Origin: Blepharisma stoltei ATCC 30299
Taxonomy: Eukaryota > Protista > Ciliophora
Direction of reading: 5' to 3'
DNA length: 64,000 bases
NCBI GenBank assembly: GCA_965603825.1
Contig: CBFDEM010000030.1
Span: 310,001 to 374,000 of the forward strand
Below, one piece after another: positions 11,001 to 21,037 of the stretch. Numbering within the stretch: the first letter of the stretch is position 1; every line of letters starts with the position of its first letter. The notes beneath the pieces are model-generated. The model saw only the letters and a list, made by a program, of their open reading frames with translations, was not told where the DNA came from and did no database searches. The translations under genes were made by a program, and so were the position numbers.

Positions 11001-13642
11001 AAACGTCAAGTGAAGACACATCTAGTGAAGAAACCTCCAGCGAAGAGACCTCTAGCGAAGAAGCTTCAAGTGAAGAAACCTCTAGTGAAGAAACCTCCAG
11101 TGAAGAAACCTCTAGCGAAGAAGCTTCTAGTGAAGAAACCTCTAGTGAAGAAACCTCTAGCGAAGAAACTTCTACTGAAGAAACCTCTAGCGAAGAAACC
11201 TCTAGTGAAGAAACCTCTAGCGAAGAAACTTCTACTGAAGAAACTTCTAGTGAAGAAACCTCTAGTGAAGAAACCTCTAGCGAAGAAACTTCTAGTGATG
11301 AGACAGCTACTGAGTCCAGCGAAGAGGAGTCAAGTCAAGAAACTGAAACAACTGGTGAGGAATCAAGTGAAGATACCTCTAGCGATGAGGAAACTACCGA
11401 ATCAAGCGAAGGTGAAACAACCGAGGAGGAATCAAGTGAAGAAAGCTCCAGCGATGAAGCAGCTACTGAGTCAAGTGAAGAGTCCTCAAGCGAAGAAACT
11501 TCTAGCGATGAGGCAGCAACTGAAGAATCTACTGAGTCAGAAAATGAAGAAGGCTCAAGCGATGAAGCATCATCTGAGGAATCAAGTGAATCAGAATCCT
11601 CTGAAAATACTGATGAAGCTTCAAGTGATGAAGAATCAACCGACGAAACTAGAGAGAACGTAGAAAGCTCTTCGAGCGAGTCAACTGAAACTGAATACAG
11701 TGAAGATTCATATACTGAAGTAGTAGCAACTGAATACAGTGAATCAGAATCCAGCGAGTCAGAATCAAGTGAAGAAGCATCCAGCGACGAGACAGAAACT
11801 CAAGAAACAAGCCAATCAGAAGAGACAAGTGATGAGGCAACATCTGAAGAATCAAGTGAATCAGAAAATACAGAAGAAAGCTCTAGCGATGAAGCATCAT
11901 CTGAAGAATCTAGCGAATCAGAGTACACTGAAGAAACCTCTAGCGATGAGGCCTCTTCAGAATCCAGCACATCAGAGTATAGTGAGGATACAACTGAATC
12001 CACTGAAGTTGAATATACTGAAGAATATTATACTGAAGCAACAGAGTCAGAATCTAGCGAAGAGGCAACCACTGATGAAGAAACAACTGAAGATTCTAGC
12101 GAATCAACTGAGGATACTTCAAGCACTGAGGAAGCAGAGGCAGTAGATGAATCGACCGAGAGTGAAAGTGCTGACGAAGCTTCGAGCGAAACAAGTGAAG
12201 AATCATCTGAATCTTCTAGCGAATCAAGTGAAACTGAATATAGTGAAGACTCAACTAGTGCAGAAGAAACAACTGAATCCAGCGAATCTGAGTACACAGA
12301 AACTAGCTCAAGCGATGAAGCTAGCACTGAAGAATCCAGTGAAGAGGCTTCCAGCGAAGATGGAGCCACGGAATCCGGTGAATCTGAGTACGTAGAAAGT
12401 TCTTCTAGTGAAGAAGAAACTAGTGAAACAGAGTCAAGCGAAGAAACTTATAGTGAAACAACAGAGTCTAGTGAAACTTCATCAACTGAAACTTCTTCAA
12501 CTGAAACAGAAGAAGCTGAATCCGAGTATACTGAGGAATCCGAAAGTGAAGAGGACACTGTTGAGTCAAGCGAATCTGAGTATGCTGAAGATTCTAGCAG
12601 CGATGAGGAAACAAGCGAGGAGTCTAGTGAGTCAGAGTCTACTGAAAGTTCCTCAAGTGAAGAAGAGGATACAGAAAGCGAGGAGTCTACAGAAAGTTCA
12701 TACAGTGAAAGTGTTTCAACATCTGGAACTACAACCGATGGTGATAGGATTTACTCAAATGAAGATTTAGACGAAACCATTGAGTTCTATGAAGAAATCT
12801 ACGAAGACATGGACGAAGGTGACACTGTCACAATTGACGGTACAACTTACACTTATGAAGATATCGACGAGATCATTGAAAAATACAAGGAAGCCGAAGA
12901 TGAGCTTGAAGAAGACGAATATTACGTCGTTGACTCCGAAACAGGAACAACCTACATCATTGATGAAGACGAATATGAATCTGTCACCACTGGGTCCTAT
13001 TATCAAGACACCGCTGAAGTTAGCAGTGACAGCGAAGTCACATATAACTATGCAGATGACGAAGACGAAGATAGCGATGACACTGAAGTAGACGTAGAAG
13101 CTTATGAAAGCTCTGAAATTTACGATGAAAGTGAAGGCGAAACATCTAGTGAAAGCGAATCAGACTCTACTGAAAGCGAGTCAGATACAACTGAAAGCGA
13201 GTCAGAAAGCACTGAGTCTGTGGAATATGACTATGAAAGCTACTATGAAGAAGACGAAGACGATTATGATGAAGTTGACCAAGACGAGGTAGAAGACTTA
13301 AATGAGCATTATTATGAAGCTGTAGATCAAGCCGAAACTGGAGTTATTATTGCCACAGAAGATGATGTAGAAGATGTAGAAGACGATCTTGAAGACGTTG
13401 AAAGTGAGCTAGAAGATGCAGAGCCAGGAACCACTGTAACTGTAGGAAATTATGAACTTGACTACGAAGATGTCAAAGTATTGCAAACCCAAGCAGAAAA
13501 TGTCAATGAAAAAATAGATGAAGATGATTATGAATCTGTTAGCTATGATATAGACACAGAAACTGTGTCTTACAATGATGAAGATGAAACAGAAGCACTG
13601 TATGAAGAACAAGATGAATATTATGAAAGCCAAGAATCATAA
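8084..13642 (+). CDS. Giant secreted hyper-acidic Ser/Glu/Thr-rich repeat protein (1852 aa)
   Basis: Uninterrupted ORF; signal peptide [20 protein letters not shown]; body dominated by E/S/T/D/A; no TM segment; TAA stop. Confidence 0.9.
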   Translation: MSAKFIIALCLLALANTAQGLKTNNKLQALNAPSVFLEVSQDTVSDESAYTSESSNSADEISTTDETTESDGTAEDSGATEEESTSDESTSSADESTEESSSSNEENGNDEGTSTDESEETSTEEEADEANTTEEESTSSESSEESSDSSSEETETTDETSTTEEETSSSDESTTEEYSETSTDSEESSSSDSSDQATEEESSETESTESSSTEEESSLSETSEETATDETDESTEETTTDETTTEESSSESASTEESTTSSEGDETAEESSESTENASTEDASDEYYTESYLSETDSTQTEESSETESTEEATSEEESTEDAETSSSDETEESTEDAESSSSDETEESSEEASSDETTTESSSSDEGSTDSSETDSTEESSSEETSESSDEATESEESSSEETASEETSESETAEDTSNEEETSESNESENSEETSSEDETAEASESDSAENSSSSEETAEESSESESSESSYSEETTEESSESESSESASDEETSEEASEDAESSSSESSETEESSSDEETTESSESESTETTSSEESSESEYVESSSTDETTTESSEETETSTEESSEEAETTDEESSEEAETTDEESSEEAETTDEESSEEAETTEASEEDSSDETTTESSGAEESSEETEATDQESSEETSSDETSSEETSSDETSSEEASSEEASSEETSSEETSSEETSTEETSSDEASSEETSSDEASSEETSSEETSSEETEATDEESSEETSSEETEATDEESSEETSSEDTSSEETSSEEISSEETSSEETEATDEDSSEETSSEDTSSEETSSEETSSEESSSEETSSEETSSEETSSEETSSEETSSEEASSEETSSEETSSEETSSEETSSEETSSEETSNEETSSEETSSEGASSDEASSEETEATDEESSEETSSEETSSEETSSEETSSEEASSEETSSEETSSEETSSEETSSEEASSEETSSEETSSEDTSSEETSSEETSSEETSSEDTSSEETSSEETSSEEASSEETSSEETSSEETSSEEASSEETSSEETSSEETSTEETSSEETSSEETSSEETSTEETSSEETSSEETSSEETSSDETATESSEEESSQETETTGEESSEDTSSDEETTESSEGETTEEESSEESSSDEAATESSEESSSEETSSDEAATEESTESENEEGSSDEASSEESSESESSENTDEASSDEESTDETRENVESSSSESTETEYSEDSYTEVVATEYSESESSESESSEEASSDETETQETSQSEETSDEATSEESSESENTEESSSDEASSEESSESEYTEETSSDEASSESSTSEYSEDTTESTEVEYTEEYYTEATESESSEEATTDEETTEDSSESTEDTSSTEEAEAVDESTESESADEASSETSEESSESSSESSETEYSEDSTSAEETTESSESEYTETSSSDEASTEESSEEASSEDGATESGESEYVESSSSEEETSETESSEETYSETTESSETSSTETSSTETEEAESEYTEESESEEDTVESSESEYAEDSSSDEETSEESSESESTESSSSEEEDTESEESTESSYSESVSTSGTTTDGDRIYSNEDLDETIEFYEEIYEDMDEGDTVTIDGTTYTYEDIDEIIEKYKEAEDELEEDEYYVVDSETGTTYIIDEDEYESVTTGSYYQDTAEVSSDSEVTYNYADDEDEDSDDTEVDVEAYESSEIYDESEGETSSESESDSTESESDTTESESESTESVEYDYESYYEEDEDDYDEVDQDEVEDLNEHYYEAVDQAETGVIIATEDDVEDVEDDLEDVESELEDAEPGTTVTVGNYELDYEDVKVLQTQAENVNEKIDEDDYESVSYDIDTETVSYNDEDETEALYEEQDEYYESQES
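9785..9915 (+). repeat. 30-nt coding tandem repeat ([11 protein letters not shown]-type, about 4 copies)
   Basis: gaatcaagtgaggaagctgaaaccactgat repeated. Confidence 0.8.
10010..11300 (+). repeat. 15-nt coding tandem array encoding (EETSS)n, with interspersed [10 protein letters not shown] units
   Basis: Unit gaagaaacNtcNagY repeated dozens of times with synonymous variation. Confidence 0.9.
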
Positions 13643-13755
13643 GCAAAAATTAGAAAATTAATTTATTTTAATATTAACCAAATTGAATAAACTGTCTTAA
13701 AAAAAAATTTTCTATATATTTTTAATTATATTAATAAATCGCAATTTAGCAAAAT

Positions 13756-15198
13756 ATGAGCAATTTAGATGAAATACAAAAAGCTTGTAGACTTGGCGAT
13801 GTAGAGCTGCTGAAGAAGTCTCTAATACAGTCACCTGAACTTATAAATGAGCTTGACCCAAAATTAGGTTGGGCACCTTTATATCGAACAGTTATATGTG
13901 GCCATTTCGAAGCATCAGAATTTTTATTGAATAAAGGAGCAAATCCAAACATTCAAAATCGGCTAGGTGAGGCTCCTCTGCATCAAGCCGCTGACAGCAA
14001 CCAATTGAAAATCGCTCAATTTTTGCTTAAATTCAAAGCTGATCCAAATATTCAGCAAAATGATGGTGACACTCCACTTCATCATTGCTGTGTCAAAGGA
14101 CACTTAAAAATGGCTCAGCTCCTATTAAAGCACAAGGCAAATCCTAACATTCAAAACATTTCCTTTGGAAAAACACCCTTACATTATGCAGCTGAAAATA
14201 ATTTTCTTCCTATAGTGCAGGCATTAATTTCTTATAATGCAAATAAAGATATTAAAGATAGAAATGAAAAAAAGCCTATTCAATATGCTCAAAATTTAGA
14301 AATAATTCAGGCCCTTAGTGAGGAAATAGAAGTTATTGATAAAAATGAAATTTTCAGCGAAGATATTCCTCCTGTTAAGTTTTTAGTCCCAGAAGTCCCA
14401 GCTGCAGAATGCAGAGAAGCAATAGCGGAAAGCACTGAAGAACTGGTCGAATTTTCATCAGAAAATTGTGGAAAGCAGCTGGAAAGTGAAGTCATTTTGT
14501 CGGTGAAATCGGAATCCTTGTTGGAGCCTGAAAGTGAAAGAGTAAGTTTGCAAAGCAATTTTATGGTGACAGATAGGAATTTTTCGTTTGGGGGAGATTT
14601 GAATAAAAATATGCTTTATAAGTGGCTGGTAAGCAATAGACTTGAACCACTTTTTCAAGCTTTTTTGCATAATGGATATGAGGACTTGGATTTTATTAGG
14701 CAAATTATGAGGTCAGCTGAGCCTTTAACTCTTAAGCATTTAGAAATGATGGGAATAAAAAAACCTGGCCATAGGGTAAGAATCCTAGCTTTATTAGAAG
14801 ACGAAATTTTACGGATGAGAAAATCATTAGCAGAGCCTAGCAATTTTAATTGCTGTGCAGCTCCAATAGGATCACAAGTTATTTCCAGCACCTATCATGG
14901 TAAAAATCTTGAAAATTGGCTAGAGGAATTAAGTTTGGGATTTCTAATTAGAAATTTCAGAGACTCTGGATATGATGATTTGGATCATATATGGATGCTT
15001 ATGAATTCAAATTACCCAATCACTGAAGATGTGCTGAAAAATGATATAAAAATTGATAAACTAGGATATAGGCATAGAATCTTAGCAAAACTAAAAGAAG
15101 AAGTAAATTTGAAAAGGAGAAGACCAGTTGCTCAATGTGGACTAAAGATTGAAAAAGAAACTCAATCACTTGCATGCGAAATGTGTAGAATAATATAA
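13756..15198 (+). CDS. Ankyrin-repeat protein with two C-terminal SAM domains (ANKS1/CASKIN-like architecture)
   Basis: GEAPLHQAA, GDTPLHHC, GKTPLHYAA ankyrin repeats; SAM signatures WL..MGIKKPGHRVRIL and WL..IKIDKLGYRHRIL. Confidence 0.88.
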   Translation: MSNLDEIQKACRLGDVELLKKSLIQSPELINELDPKLGWAPLYRTVICGHFEASEFLLNKGANPNIQNRLGEAPLHQAADSNQLKIAQFLLKFKADPNIQQNDGDTPLHHCCVKGHLKMAQLLLKHKANPNIQNISFGKTPLHYAAENNFLPIVQALISYNANKDIKDRNEKKPIQYAQNLEIIQALSEEIEVIDKNEIFSEDIPPVKFLVPEVPAAECREAIAESTEELVEFSSENCGKQLESEVILSVKSESLLEPESERVSLQSNFMVTDRNFSFGGDLNKNMLYKWLVSNRLEPLFQAFLHNGYEDLDFIRQIMRSAEPLTLKHLEMMGIKKPGHRVRILALLEDEILRMRKSLAEPSNFNCCAAPIGSQVISSTYHGKNLENWLEELSLGFLIRNFRDSGYDDLDHIWMLMNSNYPITEDVLKNDIKIDKLGYRHRILAKLKEEVNLKRRRPVAQCGLKIEKETQSLACEMCRII

Positions 15199-15298
15199 TT
15201 AATGATAATTAATTGTGGAATTAAATTATAATCTTAATTAAAATTAAATAAAATTTCATAAACTTCATTTTAAGCTTCTCAGATAAATAATTTCTAAA

Positions 15299-16099
15299 AT
15301 GTCCATTCAGAACCTCCAAAATGCCATTGAAAACGTCAGACTTACCCTACAATCCAACTCCTCCGACCTAGCCAGACATACCAAAGCCCTAAAAATCGCT
15401 TTGATAGGTATCCCATCAATGCCTCCATCCCCAGTTCAAGTCCCTGAAGAATTGGCATTAATCAGGACTGCATATGAGCTCAGTTTGCAAGCTTATATCA
15501 AGCTCCAAGACACTACAGGCATTGAGCAATGCTTTGACTTGCTAAAAGTCCTTTACTTCGACTACACCGGGATTATTGGCAGTTCCGAGCACGTTTGGAG
15601 GGTTCTCGGTTTGCATTTAACTTATTTGCTTTCTTTCAATAAAATTACCGAGTTCCATACAGAGTTAGAAGCAATCCCATGGACTGAAAGGCAGAACAAC
15701 TTCATAAGGTTTGCTGTGGAATTGGAGCAATACTTTATGGAAGGAAATTATCAGCAAGTATTAGATGCAAAAGATAATGTCCCGGCCCCAGAATTCAGCT
15801 TTTTTGTCAACAGAATTTTGGACACTATTAGGTTCGAAATAGCAGCTAGTTTTGAAAAAGCTTATGATTTGTTACATGTTAACAGTGCATGTGAGTTGTT
15901 GAGACTGAAGAGCAGACAAGAATTGGCAGAGTTTATATCAGTTTTTAAGAGGGAAAGAGAGCTACAGAAGGAATGGATTTTAGATGGAGAATGGTTATCA
16001 CTTAGAGGAGAAGCTGAAAAGAAGTCGTCTGAGCTAGAAAATTGGCACCTGATTTCACAAGCTGTCAGCTACGCAGTAGAGCTAGAAAGAATAGTCTAA
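15299..16099 (+). CDS. RPN12: 26S proteasome regulatory subunit RPN12/PSMD8
   Basis: LGLHLTYLLSFNKITEFHTELE, LEQYFMEGNY, DTIRFEIA, C-terminal YAVELERIV. Confidence 0.92.
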   Translation: MSIQNLQNAIENVRLTLQSNSSDLARHTKALKIALIGIPSMPPSPVQVPEELALIRTAYELSLQAYIKLQDTTGIEQCFDLLKVLYFDYTGIIGSSEHVWRVLGLHLTYLLSFNKITEFHTELEAIPWTERQNNFIRFAVELEQYFMEGNYQQVLDAKDNVPAPEFSFFVNRILDTIRFEIAASFEKAYDLLHVNSACELLRLKSRQELAEFISVFKRERELQKEWILDGEWLSLRGEAEKKSSELENWHLISQAVSYAVELERIV

Positions 16100-16121
16100 G
16101 ATAATTTATTTAGAAAATCTT

Positions 16122-17009
16122 ATGGCAAGCTTTGTAAAAGTTCCCGCCAGTATTTATAGACTGTTTATAGGGAATATTTTAAGCCTAAAACAAGAAATAA
16201 ATGCAGAAGGCCAAACAGAGTTTTTTATGTATGAAAATCAAGTAAAACAAGTAGTTACACAAGGCGTCGTAATCTATGTGAAATTAGGAGCATCGCATAC
16301 ACTTTTTGTTTGTAACTTTTATTCAGTGGATGACACAACTGGTACTATCAACTGCGTTATTTTTGCAGAGGGGTGAAATCAAAGCCGACTTCCTATAAAA
16401 GTAGGTGACTTGGTCAGAGTTAAAGGGAAACTAGAAATTCACAACGACAATTTCCAAATAAAAGTCAAAGGAAATCCTTATATAATGGAAGATTTCGATG
16501 AAGAAATAGAGTGATATCAAAACACATCTAATCTATGAAACAAAGTTTATACATCAAGAATTGTGAAAACCCCAAAAAATTCGCTTAAGATGCAGAGGCA
16601 TTATAGTAGTAATAAAGATGTATTAGAGCTTAAATTAGTCTCTCTTATTAGAGAAACTGGAAAAACACAAATTAATTATCAAGAGATTTTGCAGCTTGCA
16701 ATAGGAGAAAATGAAACAGAAGAAGCAATTTATAACTTAGTCGTCAAAGGATTTTTAGAGCCTTTTAATAGGGAATCAGCCCTTACAGCTACAATTTTTG
16801 ACATAAATCCTAACCCTTTTCATCCCAAAGAACTAATTTTGCAAGCTTTCAAAGAAAGCAATAGACCTCTGAATTTTTCTGAGTTGCGAGCGATTGCAAA
16901 CCAAAAGTTTCAAGATAACGCGGCACTGCTGTCTGTATTATTAGAAGAGCTTAAGAAAAACGACGTGATTTATGAAAGAAATGATCAAGAATTCGCATTA
17001 ATTTCATAA
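16122..17009 (+). CDS. STN1: CST complex subunit STN1-like (OB fold plus winged helices); one 15-nt intron, three TGA=W
   Basis: After splicing 16312-16326: FVLDDTTGTINCVIF..VGDLVRVKGKL..EEIEWY..LWNKVY, matching the STN1/RPA2 OB fold; two short wH-like C-terminal domains favour STN1. Confidence 0.75.
16312..16326 (+). other. 15-nt spliceosomal intron (no in-frame stop)
   Basis: GTAACTTTTATTCAG; removal restores the LDDTTG motif. Confidence 0.8.
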
Positions 17010-17045
17010 ATTATTTTTATATCAAATTTTATAATAATTTGAAAA

Positions 17046-18842
17046 ATGTTTAGGCTCGCTAAAAATTTGTTATCAGCAAAATTTTTGTATCCTACTTTTG
17101 CTCGTATATATGTACGGCCATTATCCAATTTTAATATGGAACCTGGTGAAGGCGAAGAAAAGAAGATCAGCAAAAAGTAACTTTTATTTAGCGAGCTTAA
17201 ACGTCAACAAAAAGCAGAACGTTTAGCCAAAGAAAAAGCAGAAAAGGCTGCTAAAAAGCATGAAGAAGGTGAAAAACACGATTCCGCCCAAAAGCATGAG
17301 TCCGCCAAAAAGGAAGAGGAAGAAATTGATCCAAGTCAGTATCTTTTAAACCGCTGCGAATATGTAAAATCCTTAAAAGCAGCAGGAATTGAAGCTTATC
17401 CTCACAAATTCCAAATTTCAATGGAGCTTCCAGAATTCATCCGCAGATATTCACACTTGGAAAAAGGCCAGAAACTTGACAATGAAATCGTCTCGGTCGC
17501 AGGAAGAGTAATCCATATAAGAGAACATGGGAAAATCCTGTTTTACGACTTACAAGCTGATGGAGTCCATTTACAAGTAATGGCTGATGCTTCCAATTAC
17601 CAAGGAGATTTTACTGACATAACCAGCAAAATTCACCGTGGTGATATTGTAGGCTTTACCGGCGTCCCAGCTAGGTCATCTCCTAAGAATAAACCTGGAG
17701 AGCTTAGCATTATTCCTCACCACATCAATATTTTAAGCTACTGTCTTCACATGCTCCCTACACACAGCTTAAAAGACCAAGAAACTCGTTATCGTCAAAG
17801 ATATCTTGATCTTATTATAAACAACGATAACAGAAATACCTTTATCACCCGTAAAAAAGTCATCCAAATGGTCAGAAATTTCCTTGACACACGCGGATTC
17901 ACTGAAGTCGAAACCCCAATGATGAACATGATCCCTGGAGGAGCCTCAGCCAAGCCTTTTGAAACCCATCACAATGACCTGAACATGAAGCTTTATATGA
18001 GAATCGCCCCAGAACTTTACCTCAAAATGCTCATAGTAGGAGGAATGGAAAGAGTTTACGAGATCGGCAAACAGTTCAGAAATGAAGGAATTGACCTTAC
18101 TCACAACCCTGAGTTCACGACTTGTGAGTTTTATTGGGCTTATGCGGATTACAATGACCTGTTGACGATTACTGAGCAAATGATCAGCGGAATTGTCTAT
18201 GAAATTAAAGGCTCACACAAAATAAAATATCACCCAGACGGCCCAGAAGGCAGAGAAATTGAAATTGACTTCTCAACTCCATGGAGACGTCTTCCTATGA
18301 TCGCTTCATTAGAAGAAGCTACTGGAGAAAAATTCCCAGCCGACTTATACTCTGAAGAAGCCAAAGTTTTCTTTGAAAATCTGTGTCATAAGCACCATGT
18401 TGAATGCAGTCCTCCTCGCACCACCACTCGTTTACTAGACAAGCTATGTGGTCATTTCTTGGAATCCCAGTGCATAAATCCTACATTTATCACTGATCAC
18501 CCACAAATTATGAGTCCTTTAGCTAAATACCACAGAACAACCCCAGGACTAAGTGAAAGGTTTGAGCTATTTATTAACCATCATGAGTACTGCAATGCTT
18601 ATACTGAGCTTAATGATCCATTTAAACAAAGAGAGCTGTTTGAAGAGCAAGCCAAAGATAGAGCAGCTGGAGATGATGAAGCTCAATTCTTAGATGAAAA
18701 CTTCTGCACTTCACTAGAATATGGGCTACCTCCAACTGGTGGATGGGGTTTGGGTGTTGATAGGCTCACTATGCTTCTAACTGACAAGAATAACATCAAG
18801 GAAGTATTGTTGTTCCCAGCCATGAAGCCTATTCTTAACTAA
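17046..18842 (+). CDS. KARS1: Lysyl-tRNA synthetase (class II); mitochondrial presequence from ATG 17046, second in-frame ATG at 17136; intron 17177-17191
   Basis: [12 protein letters not shown] after splicing; [47 protein letters not shown]. Confidence 0.96.
17177..17191 (+). other. 15-nt spliceosomal intron
   Basis: GTAACTTTTATTTAG; contains in-frame TAA; removal gives SKNELK. Confidence 0.93.
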
Positions 18843-18860
18843 TTACCTCCATTTAATAAA

Positions 18861-19892
18861 ATGATAAGTAAAGCCTTTAGAAGATTTAGTAGCTTTAGAG
18901 TTGTCCTTATGCCTGGCGATGGGATTGGGCCTGAAGTTGCAAATTCTGTTGTGGATATTTTTGATGCTGCACAAGTCCCTATTTCCTGGGTTCATGCAGA
19001 TTTGATCAATAAAAGTGCGAAGCCAGGAGAAGATCCGTTTAATAGAGATACCTTGTGCCAAATAAGAGAACACAAAATCGGACTGAAAGGACCAACTGGG
19101 ACTCCAATAGGTGGAGGGCACGTAAGCTTGAATGTCCATCTCAGACGTGAGCTTGACTTATATGCAAATGTAAGGCCATGCAAAACTGTCCCAGGGGTCA
19201 GGACAGTCTACGAAAATGTAGATCTAGTGACTATCAGAGAAAACACTGAAGGCGAATACAGTGGCAAAGAGCATGAAGTGATACCAGGTGTCATCGAAAA
19301 CCTAAAAATTGTATCCGAAAGAGCATGCTTAAGAATCGCCAGATATGCCTTTGATTACTGTGAAAAATACGGCAGATCCAAAGTCCATGCATTCCACAAA
19401 GCCAGCGTCATGAAAATGGGTGATGGCTTATTCCTGAAAAAAGTTCGAGAAATCGCGAAATTGCACCCAAAAGTCCCTTATTTTGAAAAGAACATGGACA
19501 CTGGTTGTGGAATTTTGGTATCGAACCCGTCGAATTTTGACGTCATGGTCATGCCTAATTTGTACGGAGATATTGTTAGTGATGTTTGTGCTGGGCTAAT
19601 TGGAGGGTTAGGATTGACACCAAGTGCAAATATTGGGGAAGAGCATGCTATTTTTGAAGCAGTTCATGGGTCTGCTCCTGATATTGCAGGGAAAAATTTA
19701 GCGAATCCGACAGCCTTGCTATTTAGCTCGATTATGATGCTAAAGCATTTGAATTTGCTAGAGCATGCAGAGAAGATTGAAAAAGCAATCCATTCGGTAT
19801 TGGTTGAAGGGACTGTGAGGACTGGAGACTTAGGTGGAAGATCTAAAACGACTGAGTATACAAAGGCGATTATTGATAAAATTAAAGGATAG
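18861..19892 (+). CDS. IDH3A: NAD-dependent isocitrate dehydrogenase, mitochondrial, catalytic (alpha-type) subunit
   Basis: PGDGIGPEV, LYANVRP, IRENTEGEY, MPNLYGDIVSD, FEAVHGSAPDIAG; presequence MISKAFRRFSS. Confidence 0.9.
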   Translation: MISKAFRRFSSFRVVLMPGDGIGPEVANSVVDIFDAAQVPISWVHADLINKSAKPGEDPFNRDTLCQIREHKIGLKGPTGTPIGGGHVSLNVHLRRELDLYANVRPCKTVPGVRTVYENVDLVTIRENTEGEYSGKEHEVIPGVIENLKIVSERACLRIARYAFDYCEKYGRSKVHAFHKASVMKMGDGLFLKKVREIAKLHPKVPYFEKNMDTGCGILVSNPSNFDVMVMPNLYGDIVSDVCAGLIGGLGLTPSANIGEEHAIFEAVHGSAPDIAGKNLANPTALLFSSIMMLKHLNLLEHAEKIEKAIHSVLVEGTVRTGDLGGRSKTTEYTKAIIDKIKG

Positions 19893-19980
19893 CAAGTCTT
19901 TTAAAAATTGGTTTTATTTTTAGAAAATATATAGCTTAAAACTAAAACGAGATGCTGGATGAGTTTTTGATAAAATTTCT

Positions 19981-20040
19981 AAAGAAATTTCACATAAAAA
20001 GAAATTTCACATACAAAAGAAATTTCACATAAAAAAGAAA
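19981..20040 (+). repeat. Short intergenic tandem repeat (AAAGAAATTTCACATA x3 plus partial copy)
   Basis: Three direct copies visible 3' of IDH. Confidence 0.8.
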
Positions 20041-21037
20041 GCAATTTTTGCTATAAAAAAATGGCTCCTTATAATTTTTTTTTAAAGTTACATAATTAAA
20101 TTTGAACTAAAAAAAGATAAATAATCGTTTAATGAGAAATGAATTTCAATAATTTAATTACTATTTATTTATCATAAAACTATTACAGAATTTGGTTGAA
20201 GATATAGTGTCGAGAAATCTAATTTAAATGCATAACCCAATTAGCAACCACAAGCAAAAAATATCTTATTTTTGAGTCAGGACTGACATCGTTATCTAAG
20301 AGTTGCTCAATAAATAAGAAAAGATAATTAATTATACATGAATGAGGATTTGAAAATATAAAAATATTAATAATTGCTGAATTAAATTAAAAGTCTTTAT
20401 GATTTTGATAAACTAATTAGTTTCGCTTATCAGGCATTTTCATAATTGTGCGAATTTTATTCTTTTCTATTTTTTGGTTTTGCTTCATACAAATTTTTAT
20501 TATTAGTCTCTTTAATCTTTTCACTTTCATGCTTGCTTGCATTTTTTTAAAAAATAAAGAAATTTATTTTTAGAGATAAAAAACTAGATAAAGCTAAGAA
20601 GAGTTAAATAGTAAAAGTTTGATAAGATAGATTTCAATTATAATAAATAATCGCTCATGAGTGTTTAAGCATAAAAGAGTGATTAACCTTACTAAATTTA
20701 GCAGGTAATCCATGCTCCAACTTTGCTGCACTCTTTAGTGAATGATTTTTTCTTTGCCTTTACAATATTCTCTGACAAGGTCGAGGAAATCTTTTGCCTA
20801 AGAATTAGAATTCTATATTAAAGGTATAAATACCTCACGAGCTATTACAATTTTATAGATGATGCCTCTGTTTTTAAAAAAATAATAAATTAAATATGAA
20901 AACTAACTTTATCAAATTATAATTTCAACTTCAGTCAAATATCTATCATATAAAGAAGATGCCAACTTTTATGAGATAATAATTTATATACATTGAATTA
21001 GCATAAGTATTCAAACTTAAATTTTATCTAATTTAAA

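Noticed and set aside
10010-11300. Regular repeat array as a possible CRISPR or non-coding satellite
   Set aside because: No unique spacers, eukaryotic context, and fully in frame within a signal-peptide ORF
8220-13292. Long Lys/Leu-rich +1-frame ORFs (e.g. 888 aa at 8997-11663) and antisense Ser/Leu/Val ORFs over the acidic gene
   Set aside because: Shadow frames produced by the stop-poor 15-nt repeat; synonymous variation follows the EETSS frame
20650-20870. Slightly GC-richer island in a long spacer (possible ncRNA or gene relic; similar patches at 24720-25010 and 28040-28740)
   Set aside because: No recognisable snRNA, snoRNA or telomerase motif; frames broken by TAA/TAG; would need Infernal/tBLASTx to support
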